Below, piece after piece: positions 45,820 through 53,694 of a stretch of 64,000 bases of DNA (within the stretch, counting starts at the first letter, position 1; the number at the start of each line of letters is the position of its first letter). The notes beneath the pieces are model-generated. The model searched no databases. It worked only from the letters and a program-made list of their open reading frames with translations, and had not been told where the DNA came from. The translations under genes were made by a program, and so were the position numbers. Origin of the DNA: a virus; IMG/VR virus record IMGVR_UViG_3300045988_175656; one strand, written 5' to 3'.

Positions 45820-47190
45820 ATGTTAACTAGAACTTACAAAATTGATAATACAAATAGAGTAGTACTTTATATGCAAGGAGAATATGCATTTAAAAGTTTA
45901 TATTTCTCTAATCCACAACAAACACCTACACCGACAACAGGTTCAGACCATAATTCAACAATTAGGTTTCAATCTTCAAGTCCAGGTAGTGTAACTGTTG
46001 ATTGGGATGATGGAAATGTTGAAACATTTCAAATGCAAAATAACGGTTCATCTTATATAATTGGATGGCGTTGTTTGGATGTTGATTATTATAAAAATCC
46101 ATCATCAACAGGTGGTGGGTGGGGATGGGGTATTGACCAAAGCACTGGTCAATACATAAAACCATTACCAAATCATCATTACACAGATGGAGAAACAAGA
46201 GAAAGGCATATTATCATAACATTTACTTGTGAAGATGTATATTATTTCAATAGTGAAACTGTTACCATGTGGAGTTTTCCTATTTTGGAATTACCTGCTT
46301 TACAGACATTAGGAATTTCATATACTAGCTATATAAACGAAATACCTTTTGTGAGAATATCTAAAGTCAAAAATTTAACAACTTTAAATTTTACATCATT
46401 AGGTAGCAAATTGCAATTTATTCCTGATTCGCTATTTGAGATGACAGGCTTAACATCATTAGCAATATCAGGTGTATTTAATTTAAGTGACCCAGATGCA
46501 TCTAATTTTAGAAATATTAAAAAACTTAAAAATTTAAAATCATTAACAGCAACAGTTTGTAATATAACAACTTATATAAAAGAATTTAATGATTTACCAA
46601 AGTTAGAAAATTTAAATATTAGTAATGCAAACTTAGCTTATTATGGTGCTGATGGAGTACCAACTTTCAACGAAATATCAACTATTAACCCATCAATTAA
46701 AATAATGAATGTTCTTGGAGCAGGTTATAGTGGTAGTGGTATTAGAACTTCGTGGATGGAGAATGTATTTGCTGGAAAAGGATTAGAAAATTTAACTCAA
46801 TTATTAATCGAATATCAAAATAATCTTACTTTAATATTGCCTGAATATTTGAAAGAAATGAATAGTTTAAATTATATTTATGGGTTAAATTCTTTTAAAA
46901 GTCAAAGTAGAGCCGATACATGGGTAAATAATTTATATAGTTACATGACTAATTGGGAACAAGTAACTATGACAAATAAACTTAAAAATGGTAAACGTAA
47001 TCAGTTTTATGGTTTAAGTGTAAGTATGTGGTCAAGTAGTTATCCTTATGATTATAGACCATCAGGAACATATCAAGCCCCATCTGGTTTTGTAAAGGGT
47101 GTTAGTAATGGTAATCCAACAACACCAATGGAAAAAATATATGTAATGCAAAACAACTATGCTCATAGTTGGAATATAAGACCAGCATAA
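45820..47190 (+). CDS. leucine-rich-repeat protein, tandem paralog 2
   Basis: Collinear with the previous gene: VDWDDGNVETF, LRR core, and C-terminus APSGFVKGVSNGNPTTPMEKIYVMQNNYAHSWNIRPA. Confidence 0.7.
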   Translation: MLTRTYKIDNTNRVVLYMQGEYAFKSLYFSNPQQTPTPTTGSDHNSTIRFQSSSPGSVTVDWDDGNVETFQMQNNGSSYIIGWRCLDVDYYKNPSSTGGGWGWGIDQSTGQYIKPLPNHHYTDGETRERHIIITFTCEDVYYFNSETVTMWSFPILELPALQTLGISYTSYINEIPFVRISKVKNLTTLNFTSLGSKLQFIPDSLFEMTGLTSLAISGVFNLSDPDASNFRNIKKLKNLKSLTATVCNITTYIKEFNDLPKLENLNISNANLAYYGADGVPTFNEISTINPSIKIMNVLGAGYSGSGIRTSWMENVFAGKGLENLTQLLIEYQNNLTLILPEYLKEMNSLNYIYGLNSFKSQSRADTWVNNLYSYMTNWEQVTMTNKLKNGKRNQFYGLSVSMWSSSYPYDYRPSGTYQAPSGFVKGVSNGNPTTPMEKIYVMQNNYAHSWNIRPA

Positions 47191-47193
47191 ATA

Positions 47194-47222
47194 AAAAAAG
47201 GAGAAGTCATTCTCCTTTTTTA
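47194..47222. terminator. bidirectional terminator
   Basis: AAAAAAGGAGAAGTCATTCTCCTTTTTT, between convergent genes. Confidence 0.8.
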
Positions 47223-47226
47223 TTAT

Positions 47227-48603
47227 TTAATAGTTAATATTATTAATATGTTTAAAGCATTCTTCTTTAGTGATAAGTGGGTTATTTAGCCATAATTTAG
47301 TTAAATAATCTAAATATAATTTAACTTTTGGACCAGGCTCTATATTCTTATATGATATAATATCTTCACCATTAACAGGAAGTTTTAGTTTAAAAGCATC
47401 TAATCCTTGTTCAACTAATTTATCACTTCTTTCTTTGATTAATCTTACCTGATTTGGCATACAATGGTCAGATTTATGTGCTCTATTATCTGCATCAATC
47501 AAATCCATTGTAAGTTCAAATGTGTCACCAAGAGCTAATTGTAATTTACGAACACTTTTATCTTTTAATTTTGCACAATCATCACCAAACGATTTAGTTC
47601 TCATATGAGCATTTACAGCCTTTCTAACACGTTTAATTATATCATTCGGGTATTTCATTGTTCTCATTCTAACCTCACTTAAAAAGGCTGAAACGTTCTC
47701 ATGATTGTAAAAATGAATTTTTCCATTTTCATCAACTGTTTTAGTTTTTATTTTACCTAAATCATGAAACAATGCAGCAACTCTATTTTCAAGAATTGGT
47801 TTTGTATTATCAACAACCATTAGTGTATGTTCCCATGCAGTTCCAAAATGATATTCATTCTGTTCAAGATTCACCATTTCAACAAAATCAGGAAGGACGT
47901 ACTGAAGTAAACCTGTTTTTTCTAACATTCTTAAACCAACACTCGGTTTTTTTGTTAAAAGAATTTTATTTATTTCATCAGTAACCCTTTCTTGTGTGAT
48001 AATTTGAATTCTTTCAACATTATCAATAATTCCTTGCATTGTTTTTTCTTCTATTTCCCATCCATAACGAGATGCAAATCTTATACAACGAAGCATACGG
48101 AGAGCATCTTGGTTAAATATAATATTTGGGTTAGAAGTAGAACGAATAATTTTACTATTTAAATCGTTTAGACCTTTTCCAGAAAAATCGTATAATTCAT
48201 CAGTTGATATATTAATAAACATTGAATTAATCGTAAAATCTCTTCTCAAACATTCTTCTTCAATTGTACAACTTTCCACTATTGGATTTCTTGAATCATC
48301 TTTATATTTTTCACTTCTTGGTGCAACACATTCGATTTTTTCTCCCATAAAATTGAACATAGCAGTTCCATAAAGTCCATAACAAAGAGGTGGATGTAAC
48401 TTCATCTTATCACAAAACCAAATTGCGAAATCTATACCTGCATTAATATCACCATCAATCAATAAATCAATATCATTTGACTGATTACCCATAATCAAAT
48501 CTCTCACATAACCACCAACTACCATAACTCTATTCTCATATTCAGTATTTTTGATAGTGTCTTTAATTGAAAGTAATATTTTATTTTCTATTTTAATATT
48601 CAT
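47227..48603 (-). CDS. cca: CCA-adding tRNA nucleotidyltransferase with C-terminal HD domain
   Basis: GGYVRDLIMGNQSNDIDLLIDG (the GG-x-VRD...DxD motif), RRDFTINSMF, RFASRYG, and HD motif FHDLGK. Confidence 0.85.
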   Translation of the reverse strand: MNIKIENKILLSIKDTIKNTEYENRVMVVGGYVRDLIMGNQSNDIDLLIDGDINAGIDFAIWFCDKMKLHPPLCYGLYGTAMFNFMGEKIECVAPRSEKYKDDSRNPIVESCTIEEECLRRDFTINSMFINISTDELYDFSGKGLNDLNSKIIRSTSNPNIIFNQDALRMLRCIRFASRYGWEIEEKTMQGIIDNVERIQIITQERVTDEINKILLTKKPSVGLRMLEKTGLLQYVLPDFVEMVNLEQNEYHFGTAWEHTLMVVDNTKPILENRVAALFHDLGKIKTKTVDENGKIHFYNHENVSAFLSEVRMRTMKYPNDIIKRVRKAVNAHMRTKSFGDDCAKLKDKSVRKLQLALGDTFELTMDLIDADNRAHKSDHCMPNQVRLIKERSDKLVEQGLDAFKLKLPVNGEDIISYKNIEPGPKVKLYLDYLTKLWLNNPLITKEECFKHINNINY

Positions 48604-48608
48604 ATTAT

Positions 48609-48887
48609 TTAATCTTTAATAACCTTTTCCATTAATTCAACTGTATAATCATCAAGAATATCTCCTGCCATTTCAGATAATTCAGGAAATTTTGTCCTTA
48701 AATAATTTCTAATCTGCATTCCTTCTCTAAGATGAACAGGATGTGCTGGTAATCCTTTTTTATCCATATTTAGTTTAAGTACAGGAAATACACTACCTTT
48801 CAGTCCTTTAAGATGTTTAAAGTATCTTACATTTTCTTCTCCAAGCCATATTTTTAATGTCTTGACATACAATTTTTCATTTAACAT
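48609..48887 (-). CDS. hypothetical protein
   Basis: First ATG (MLNEKLYV...). The track start at 48914 is a TTG lying inside the promoter box. Confidence 0.55.
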   Translation of the reverse strand: MLNEKLYVKTLKIWLGEENVRYFKHLKGLKGSVFPVLKLNMDKKGLPAHPVHLREGMQIRNYLRTKFPELSEMAGDILDDYTVELMEKVIKD

Positions 48888-48911
48888 ATGATATACTTTT
48901 ATTTTATGCTG

Positions 48912-48919
48912 CAAATATA
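48912..48919 (-). promoter_or_regulatory. -7 box TATATTTG (minus strand)
   Basis: The plus strand reads CAAATATA, 25 nt upstream of ATG 48887. Confidence 0.5.
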
Positions 48920-48974
48920 TGACTTTTTATTTAATCAGCCAAAAAAACTACATTAAAAATTGTTATTTTTTTAA

Positions 48975-49002
48975 TTTAGTTTACTAATAATTAGTAAACT
49001 AA
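48975..49002 (+). promoter_or_regulatory. MASTF-leader palindrome, copy 7
   Basis: TTTAGTTTACTAATAATTAGTAAACTAA, preceded by TTGTTATTTTTTT. Confidence 0.85.
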
Positions 49003-49008
49003 CAAAAC

Positions 49009-49338
49009 ATGGCGAGCACATTTAAAATTATACAAGCAGCACATATAATAAAAAATGATTGTACAATTAGAATCAGTAGAGTAGGTGGTTCATGTGTAGA
49101 TATTAGAGCATCTATACCAACAACATCAAAAGTAAATGTATTCTTAAATATAACATATTCAGATGGTATGGGCAATCAAGAGGACATATGGTTAATTACA
49201 ATCCCAAAGGGAACAGAATCATCTTATAGAACTTGTTATGGAATGGGTGGAGATGAAATAGAAATAATGTCAGCTTCTCTTAACGATTTTTCGCCATCAC
49301 AAGACGATACAACAATTTATGATGTCATAGTATCTTAA
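49009..49338 (+). CDS. MASTF-family protein 7
   Basis: N-terminus MASTFKIIQAAH. Confidence 0.7.
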   Translation: MASTFKIIQAAHIIKNDCTIRISRVGGSCVDIRASIPTTSKVNVFLNITYSDGMGNQEDIWLITIPKGTESSYRTCYGMGGDEIEIMSASLNDFSPSQDDTTIYDVIVS

Positions 49339-49357
49339 AAAATTAAGTATTTTTCGA

Positions 49358-49386
49358 TTTAGTTTACTAATAATTAGTAAACTAAA
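49358..49386 (+). promoter_or_regulatory. MASTF-leader palindrome, copy 8
   Basis: Full 29-nt palindrome, 7 nt before ATG 49394. Confidence 0.85.
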
Positions 49387-49393
49387 CAAAATA

Positions 49394-49789
49394 ATGGCAA
49401 GCACTTTTAAAATTATGCAGCAAGGATATACACCATTAGTAAAAACATTATACATAAATGTTAGTGGAACTTCTGATTTAATCACAATAAACATTGTTGG
49501 TGATGATGGTAACTTTCATTATCCAACTTCAGTTTTATATTTTGCTCTTGAATTTAATTCAGGCGGTAATAGTTGTGTTGGAACTACAATAGATATTGAA
49601 TATAGTAATTTAGAAAATTCACCTATGTATATGAATGTAACAGGCGATTTTGGTAGTAGAACTATTAATAGAAATTCAATATCAATTACTGATTTAGGTT
49701 GTGATGGCAACTATGAAATACCAATTTATATATACTATGGTGGTAATCAATCAGATGATACCTATGATTATGTTGTAAGAGTTGTGTAA
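49394..49789 (+). CDS. MASTF-family protein 8
   Basis: N-terminus MASTFKIMQQGYT. Confidence 0.7.
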   Translation: MASTFKIMQQGYTPLVKTLYINVSGTSDLITINIVGDDGNFHYPTSVLYFALEFNSGGNSCVGTTIDIEYSNLENSPMYMNVTGDFGSRTINRNSISITDLGCDGNYEIPIYIYYGGNQSDDTYDYVVRVV

Positions 49790-49819
49790 ATTTTTCTCCT
49801 TTAGTACAGCATTTTTGCA

Positions 49820-49848
49820 TTTAGTTTGATAATAATTATCAAACTAAA
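49820..49848 (+). promoter_or_regulatory. MASTF-leader palindrome, copy 9 (GA/TC variant)
   Basis: TTTAGTTTGATAATAATTATCAAACTAAA, the same double compensatory variant as copy 1. Confidence 0.85.
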
Positions 49849-49853
49849 CAAAC

Positions 49854-50204
49854 ATGGCAAGCACTTTTACAATTTTACAAGATGGGTATGTACCATTAAA
49901 GCCACATATTAATATTCATCTTGAAGATGGAAATTATGGTACAGGGATGGACGGTTTTTTTATAATTGCAACTGCTGAAAAACCTGTTAATAGTAACTTA
50001 ACAATAACAGGTACAGTATATGCATTAGGAGATAATATTGAGAAAGAAATATCAAAGAATTTTACATTATATATAAATAAGTCATCAACAAATGGAGATA
50101 CACATGTATTTAATAATACGCCACAAATATGGTTAAATTATATGGACAATTTAAGTGTATCTCCAAATGAAGATTCATTATATTCATATGATGTTAATTG
50201 GTAG
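49854..50204 (+). CDS. MASTF-family protein 9
   Basis: N-terminus MASTFTILQDGYV. Confidence 0.7.
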   Translation: MASTFTILQDGYVPLKPHINIHLEDGNYGTGMDGFFIIATAEKPVNSNLTITGTVYALGDNIEKEISKNFTLYINKSSTNGDTHVFNNTPQIWLNYMDNLSVSPNEDSLYSYDVNW

Positions 50205-50206
50205 TA

Positions 50207-50635
50207 TTAAAAATCAAACTTACCATATTTTACCATAGACCATACATATAGAGGGACTGTTGAAATATAAATAAAATTCCATATTAATCCTTGTATTTTT
50301 GGACTTTCATTTACTTCAATGTTTCTTCTATATGTAATTCTTTCTTTATAAGATTCAGAATCCCCAGATGATATTGATGTTGTTCTACATTCAACTAATG
50401 GTGCTCTAAACAAATCCATTTCAATATCTGTTTGTCTAAACATTTTATGGAATGTTTCAAAGTATTCATCTTCCATTAGACTATTATAATTTTCTTTCCC
50501 AAGAAGTTCTAAAAAATAATACCACATAGTGTATTCTTCATAAGGATAGTTGTTTCCATTGTCCTTACCTTTTAAAACATTATCAATTAATTCTAAACTT
50601 TTGTTATAGTAATCAACTTCCTTCATATTTTTCAC
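50207..50635 (-). CDS. hypothetical protein
   Basis: Track ORF and last gene of a minus-strand train. Confidence 0.6.
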   Translation of the reverse strand: MKNMKEVDYYNKSLELIDNVLKGKDNGNNYPYEEYTMWYYFLELLGKENYNSLMEDEYFETFHKMFRQTDIEMDLFRAPLVECRTTSISSGDSESYKERITYRRNIEVNESPKIQGLIWNFIYISTVPLYVWSMVKYGKFDF

Positions 50636-51092
50636 TTATTTTATTTATTATTTCTCTTACTGTATATCGTTCAAAGTTAATATTTTCATATAATATTACA
50701 TATGAATATCCTTTACCTTCAATTTTATTTTCATATTGTATATACTTAATTCCCATATCTAAAAGAAAATTCCTCAATTCTTCTAGAGTTTTAACTTCTT
50801 GTATTTTTATACTTGGATAATAATGTAAAATTTGTCCTTTCACATTATCAAAATCAGCCCATGATATACAATCAGGTAATTCTATACAATTTTTATTATC
50901 AATATCAATGTTTATTTCATATACATATGATTTGAAGAATGTTTCAGTATAACATTTACCAATATCCATTATACGATACAATGCTTGTTCTAATGTTCCA
51001 CAATGAAATCCAATATCACAACATTTATATAATAAAACTTCTTCAAAGCAATCATGACTTCCATGAAATATTTTCACTTTCATGCTTTTCAC
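50613..51092 (-). CDS. hypothetical protein
   Basis: Track ORF. Confidence 0.6.
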   Translation of the reverse strand: MKSMKVKIFHGSHDCFEEVLLYKCCDIGFHCGTLEQALYRIMDIGKCYTETFFKSYVYEINIDIDNKNCIELPDCISWADFDNVKGQILHYYPSIKIQEVKTLEELRNFLLDMGIKYIQYENKIEGKGYSYVILYENINFERYTVREIINKISEKYEGS

Positions 51093-51338
51093 TTAATTAG
51101 ATTCTTTTTTGTGGCATTGACAATCAGGATTATGAACAAAACCACTTGCTCCATCATATCCAGTTGAACTATTAAACCATATGTAATCATGACCTTTATA
51201 AGTAAATTCTTTACTATACAAAGAAGTTCCATATTGGTCTTTGAAAATATGCTCTCTTTCTAAATTAAGTTTTGGTGCATTATTATTTTGACATGACATT
51301 AACCCAAACAATGCAATAATATAACATATTTTTTTCAT
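51093..51338 (-). CDS. small lipoprotein
   Basis: Signal peptide with lipobox: MKKICYIIALFGLMS|CQNN. Confidence 0.6.
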   Translation of the reverse strand: MKKICYIIALFGLMSCQNNNAPKLNLEREHIFKDQYGTSLYSKEFTYKGHDYIWFNSSTGYDGASGFVHNPDCQCHKKESN

Positions 51339-51361
51339 ATTATTTATTTTTAGTTTTATAT

Positions 51362-51604
51362 TTATTCAAATTTTACATATCCCACTCTATTCAGTTCTTG
51401 ACAATAAAAAAATATCGTCTTATAATAATGATATTCTTCATCAGAAGAGGAATATATGTCAAATTCATTATCAAACATTAATATAATAACCAGTTTAACT
51501 AATTCAGGAAATGGAACTGTTTTAAACAAATTGACATATACATCTTCTTTATCATATTTTTTAGCGAAGAATAAAATGCTATCTTCTAAAGATTGTCTAT
51601 CCAT
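51362..51604 (-). CDS. hypothetical protein
   Basis: Track ORF. Confidence 0.55.
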   Translation of the reverse strand: MDRQSLEDSILFFAKKYDKEDVYVNLFKTVPFPELVKLVIILMFDNEFDIYSSSDEEYHYYKTIFFYCQELNRVGYVKFE

Positions 51605-51923
51605 ATTTTTCTTTCATTCTTTTAATCCATTTTAAATAACATTCTTTTGTTTCTTGTTCAGCTAACTTTTCTAATGATTCTATATCATTGGATTCATTAT
51701 CTTCATTTTCATTATAAAAATGATAAAAATTATTAAATGGGTCATATTTTATGAACTCTTCTGTTCTACAAAACGGACATGGTATTTCTTCATCTGATTC
51801 ATAAAGATTGCTATTTTCATCACATTTATCCATATCATAAAGTTTTCCATTAATGCAACATGCATCTGGGTATGAAGCCCCGAAAAATGGAAATTGTGGA
51901 CAAGGTTTATTATTCTCGTTCAT
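51597..51923 (-). CDS. hypothetical Cys-rich acidic protein
   Basis: Track ORF. Confidence 0.55.
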   Translation of the reverse strand: MNENNKPCPQFPFFGASYPDACCINGKLYDMDKCDENSNLYESDEEIPCPFCRTEEFIKYDPFNNFYHFYNENEDNESNDIESLEKLAEQETKECYLKWIKRMKEKYG

Positions 51924-51934
51924 ATATAATATTA

Positions 51935-52708
51935 TTAATTAACATTAAATGCATCTTCAAGTGACATGATTAGTTTTTGCATATCTGCTTTATAAAAACC
52001 TGCACTATTAGTACAATTACACTCTATAATTTTATAACCATTTTTAGTTAAACAAATGTCCATAACAAATGTATCATTAACTTGATACAAACTAACCATT
52101 TGATTAACAAAATCATATGCATCATTATCAATAATATCACTTAAATAATAGTTTCCACCAACATTATAAACACTTGCAGTTGCAATTTCACCTTTTACAA
52201 TCCAAAATCTTATTTCATTTAAAATATTTTTAACTGATGATACTTGAACCAAAGTATCATCAGTTAATATACTATTTGGGTTAAGTTTTAATTTTTCAAT
52301 AAAAGAGTACCAATCATCTTTATCTTTAAAAACTCTTCCAGTAAATGCTTTGGTATCTTTGGTTGGTCTCGCAAAAAAGGAAGTGTGAGGTGTAACATCT
52401 TTTACTTTCATTATTTTTGAATCCGCATTTAGTAAATTGTCACCATAGTATTTACTATATACCTCATAATCATGATTTTCATTCATAAATGACCCAGGAT
52501 TCCATTCATATTTTCTTGCAATCTTAGCCATTCTAACAGCACCAAATGGAAATATATCTTTTCTATCAGTATGAATAGTAATGTTATCATTATTAGGCTG
52601 AAGTTTAATGATTTCATAATCCAATTCTAACCTTTCTAATGTTCTTATTAAATTTTCATAATTTTCTTCTCTAAATAGTTTTTCTTGAATTACATAATAC
52701 ATAATCAA
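51935..52708 (-). CDS. ATP-grasp-like protein
   Basis: FFARPTKDTKAFTGRVF and IRFWIVKGEIATASVY resemble the phage ATP-grasp (DUF4343-type) pattern. The assignment is weak. Confidence 0.4.
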   Translation of the reverse strand: MIMYYVIQEKLFREENYENLIRTLERLELDYEIIKLQPNNDNITIHTDRKDIFPFGAVRMAKIARKYEWNPGSFMNENHDYEVYSKYYGDNLLNADSKIMKVKDVTPHTSFFARPTKDTKAFTGRVFKDKDDWYSFIEKLKLNPNSILTDDTLVQVSSVKNILNEIRFWIVKGEIATASVYNVGGNYYLSDIIDNDAYDFVNQMVSLYQVNDTFVMDICLTKNGYKIIECNCTNSAGFYKADMQKLIMSLEDAFNVN

Positions 52709-52728
52709 TCTTTTTAAAATTTATAATG

Positions 52729-52736
52729 CAAATATA
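52729..52736 (-). promoter_or_regulatory. -7 box TATATTTG (minus strand)
   Basis: The plus strand reads CAAATATA, about 20 nt upstream of the 52708 start. Confidence 0.5.
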
Positions 52737-52779
52737 CAAATATAAAATGGAAATATGAAACTATTCTTATTAAATAATG

Positions 52780-53094
52780 TTAATCATTAACTGACTTATG
52801 TTCTGTAAAGCTCCACTCCTTATTATAATCACTTTCAATTGAACAATCAATAATGAAATATTTTATAACCTCATTCTGATTATCTTCAGTTACTTTTGAA
52901 CCTTTTATTTTCAAAGGTTCAATAATCCACCAATTCTTGTTATCTATAAGTCCTGTATTATCATCAATTGATTCATTTGTGTGATAATACAAATTTTGGG
53001 AATCAACCCAATGTGTCTCACTTTCATCACCTTCTATGTATAGATAGGCAGGTGTAGCAAAACCATTTAAAAATTCATATTTGTCTCTTTCCAT
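52780..53094 (-). CDS. hypothetical protein
   Basis: Track ORF. Confidence 0.6.
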   Translation of the reverse strand: MERDKYEFLNGFATPAYLYIEGDESETHWVDSQNLYYHTNESIDDNTGLIDNKNWWIIEPLKIKGSKVTEDNQNEVIKYFIIDCSIESDYNKEWSFTEHKSVND

Positions 53095-53096
53095 AT

Positions 53097-53618
53097 TTAT
53101 TTAATATTATTTAACAAACTTATTGCTCGACTAACTATATCAATAATCTCAATTTTGGTCATATAGTTAAATCCTTGACCACCATCATCATGTACAAAAA
53201 AGAAACCATCATCTTCTCCTAAATGAAACAATGTATAATAGATTGTTTCAGAGCTATATGAATGTTTTTCCTTATATCCTAATATACAAATGCCACCACA
53301 AGCACAATTAAGTACATATATTCTTGTGATATATTCCTCATAGCCTTCAACTTTATTTCTAAAAATTCTTTCAATAGTTCCATCACCTCTTTGTGTGACA
53401 TTCAAATCGAACATTTCATTTTGGTCTAAAGAATACATTCCATCTTGTCCTTTTCCTTGTTCATCCCAAATTGCGCTTATGTCATAACTAATAAGGTCAT
53501 GAATTCTTTGGAAGAATGTTCCATCTTCTTTTAATTTTTCATTAGCATATTCGATTCCATCACGAAAACCTGTTTTATATTCATGTGAATTTTTATCTAT
53601 CTTATCCTTTTTTATCAT
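53097..53618 (-). CDS. hypothetical protein
   Basis: Start moved to the ATG at 53618 (MIKKDKIDK...), because the track start at 53645 lies inside or upstream of the promoter box. Confidence 0.6.
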   Translation of the reverse strand: MIKKDKIDKNSHEYKTGFRDGIEYANEKLKEDGTFFQRIHDLISYDISAIWDEQGKGQDGMYSLDQNEMFDLNVTQRGDGTIERIFRNKVEGYEEYITRIYVLNCACGGICILGYKEKHSYSSETIYYTLFHLGEDDGFFFVHDDGGQGFNYMTKIEIIDIVSRAISLLNNIK

Positions 53619-53634
53619 TTTGTTAATGTTTTTG

Positions 53635-53642
53635 CAAATATA
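53635..53642 (-). promoter_or_regulatory. -7 box TATATTTG (minus strand)
   Basis: The plus strand reads CAAATATA, directly downstream (in minus orientation) of the terminator cassette. Confidence 0.55.
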
Positions 53643-53645
53643 CAA

Positions 53646-53677
53646 ATAAAAAACGAGAACCTAAAAAGATTCTCGTT
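53646..53677 (-). terminator. rho-independent terminator, cassette copy 5 (minus strand)
   Basis: The minus strand reads AACGAGAATCTTTTTAGGTTCTCGTTTTTT, the same AACGAGA/TCTCGTT stem as the plus-strand cassettes. Confidence 0.75.
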
Positions 53678-53694
53678 AAATATCATTAATTTGT

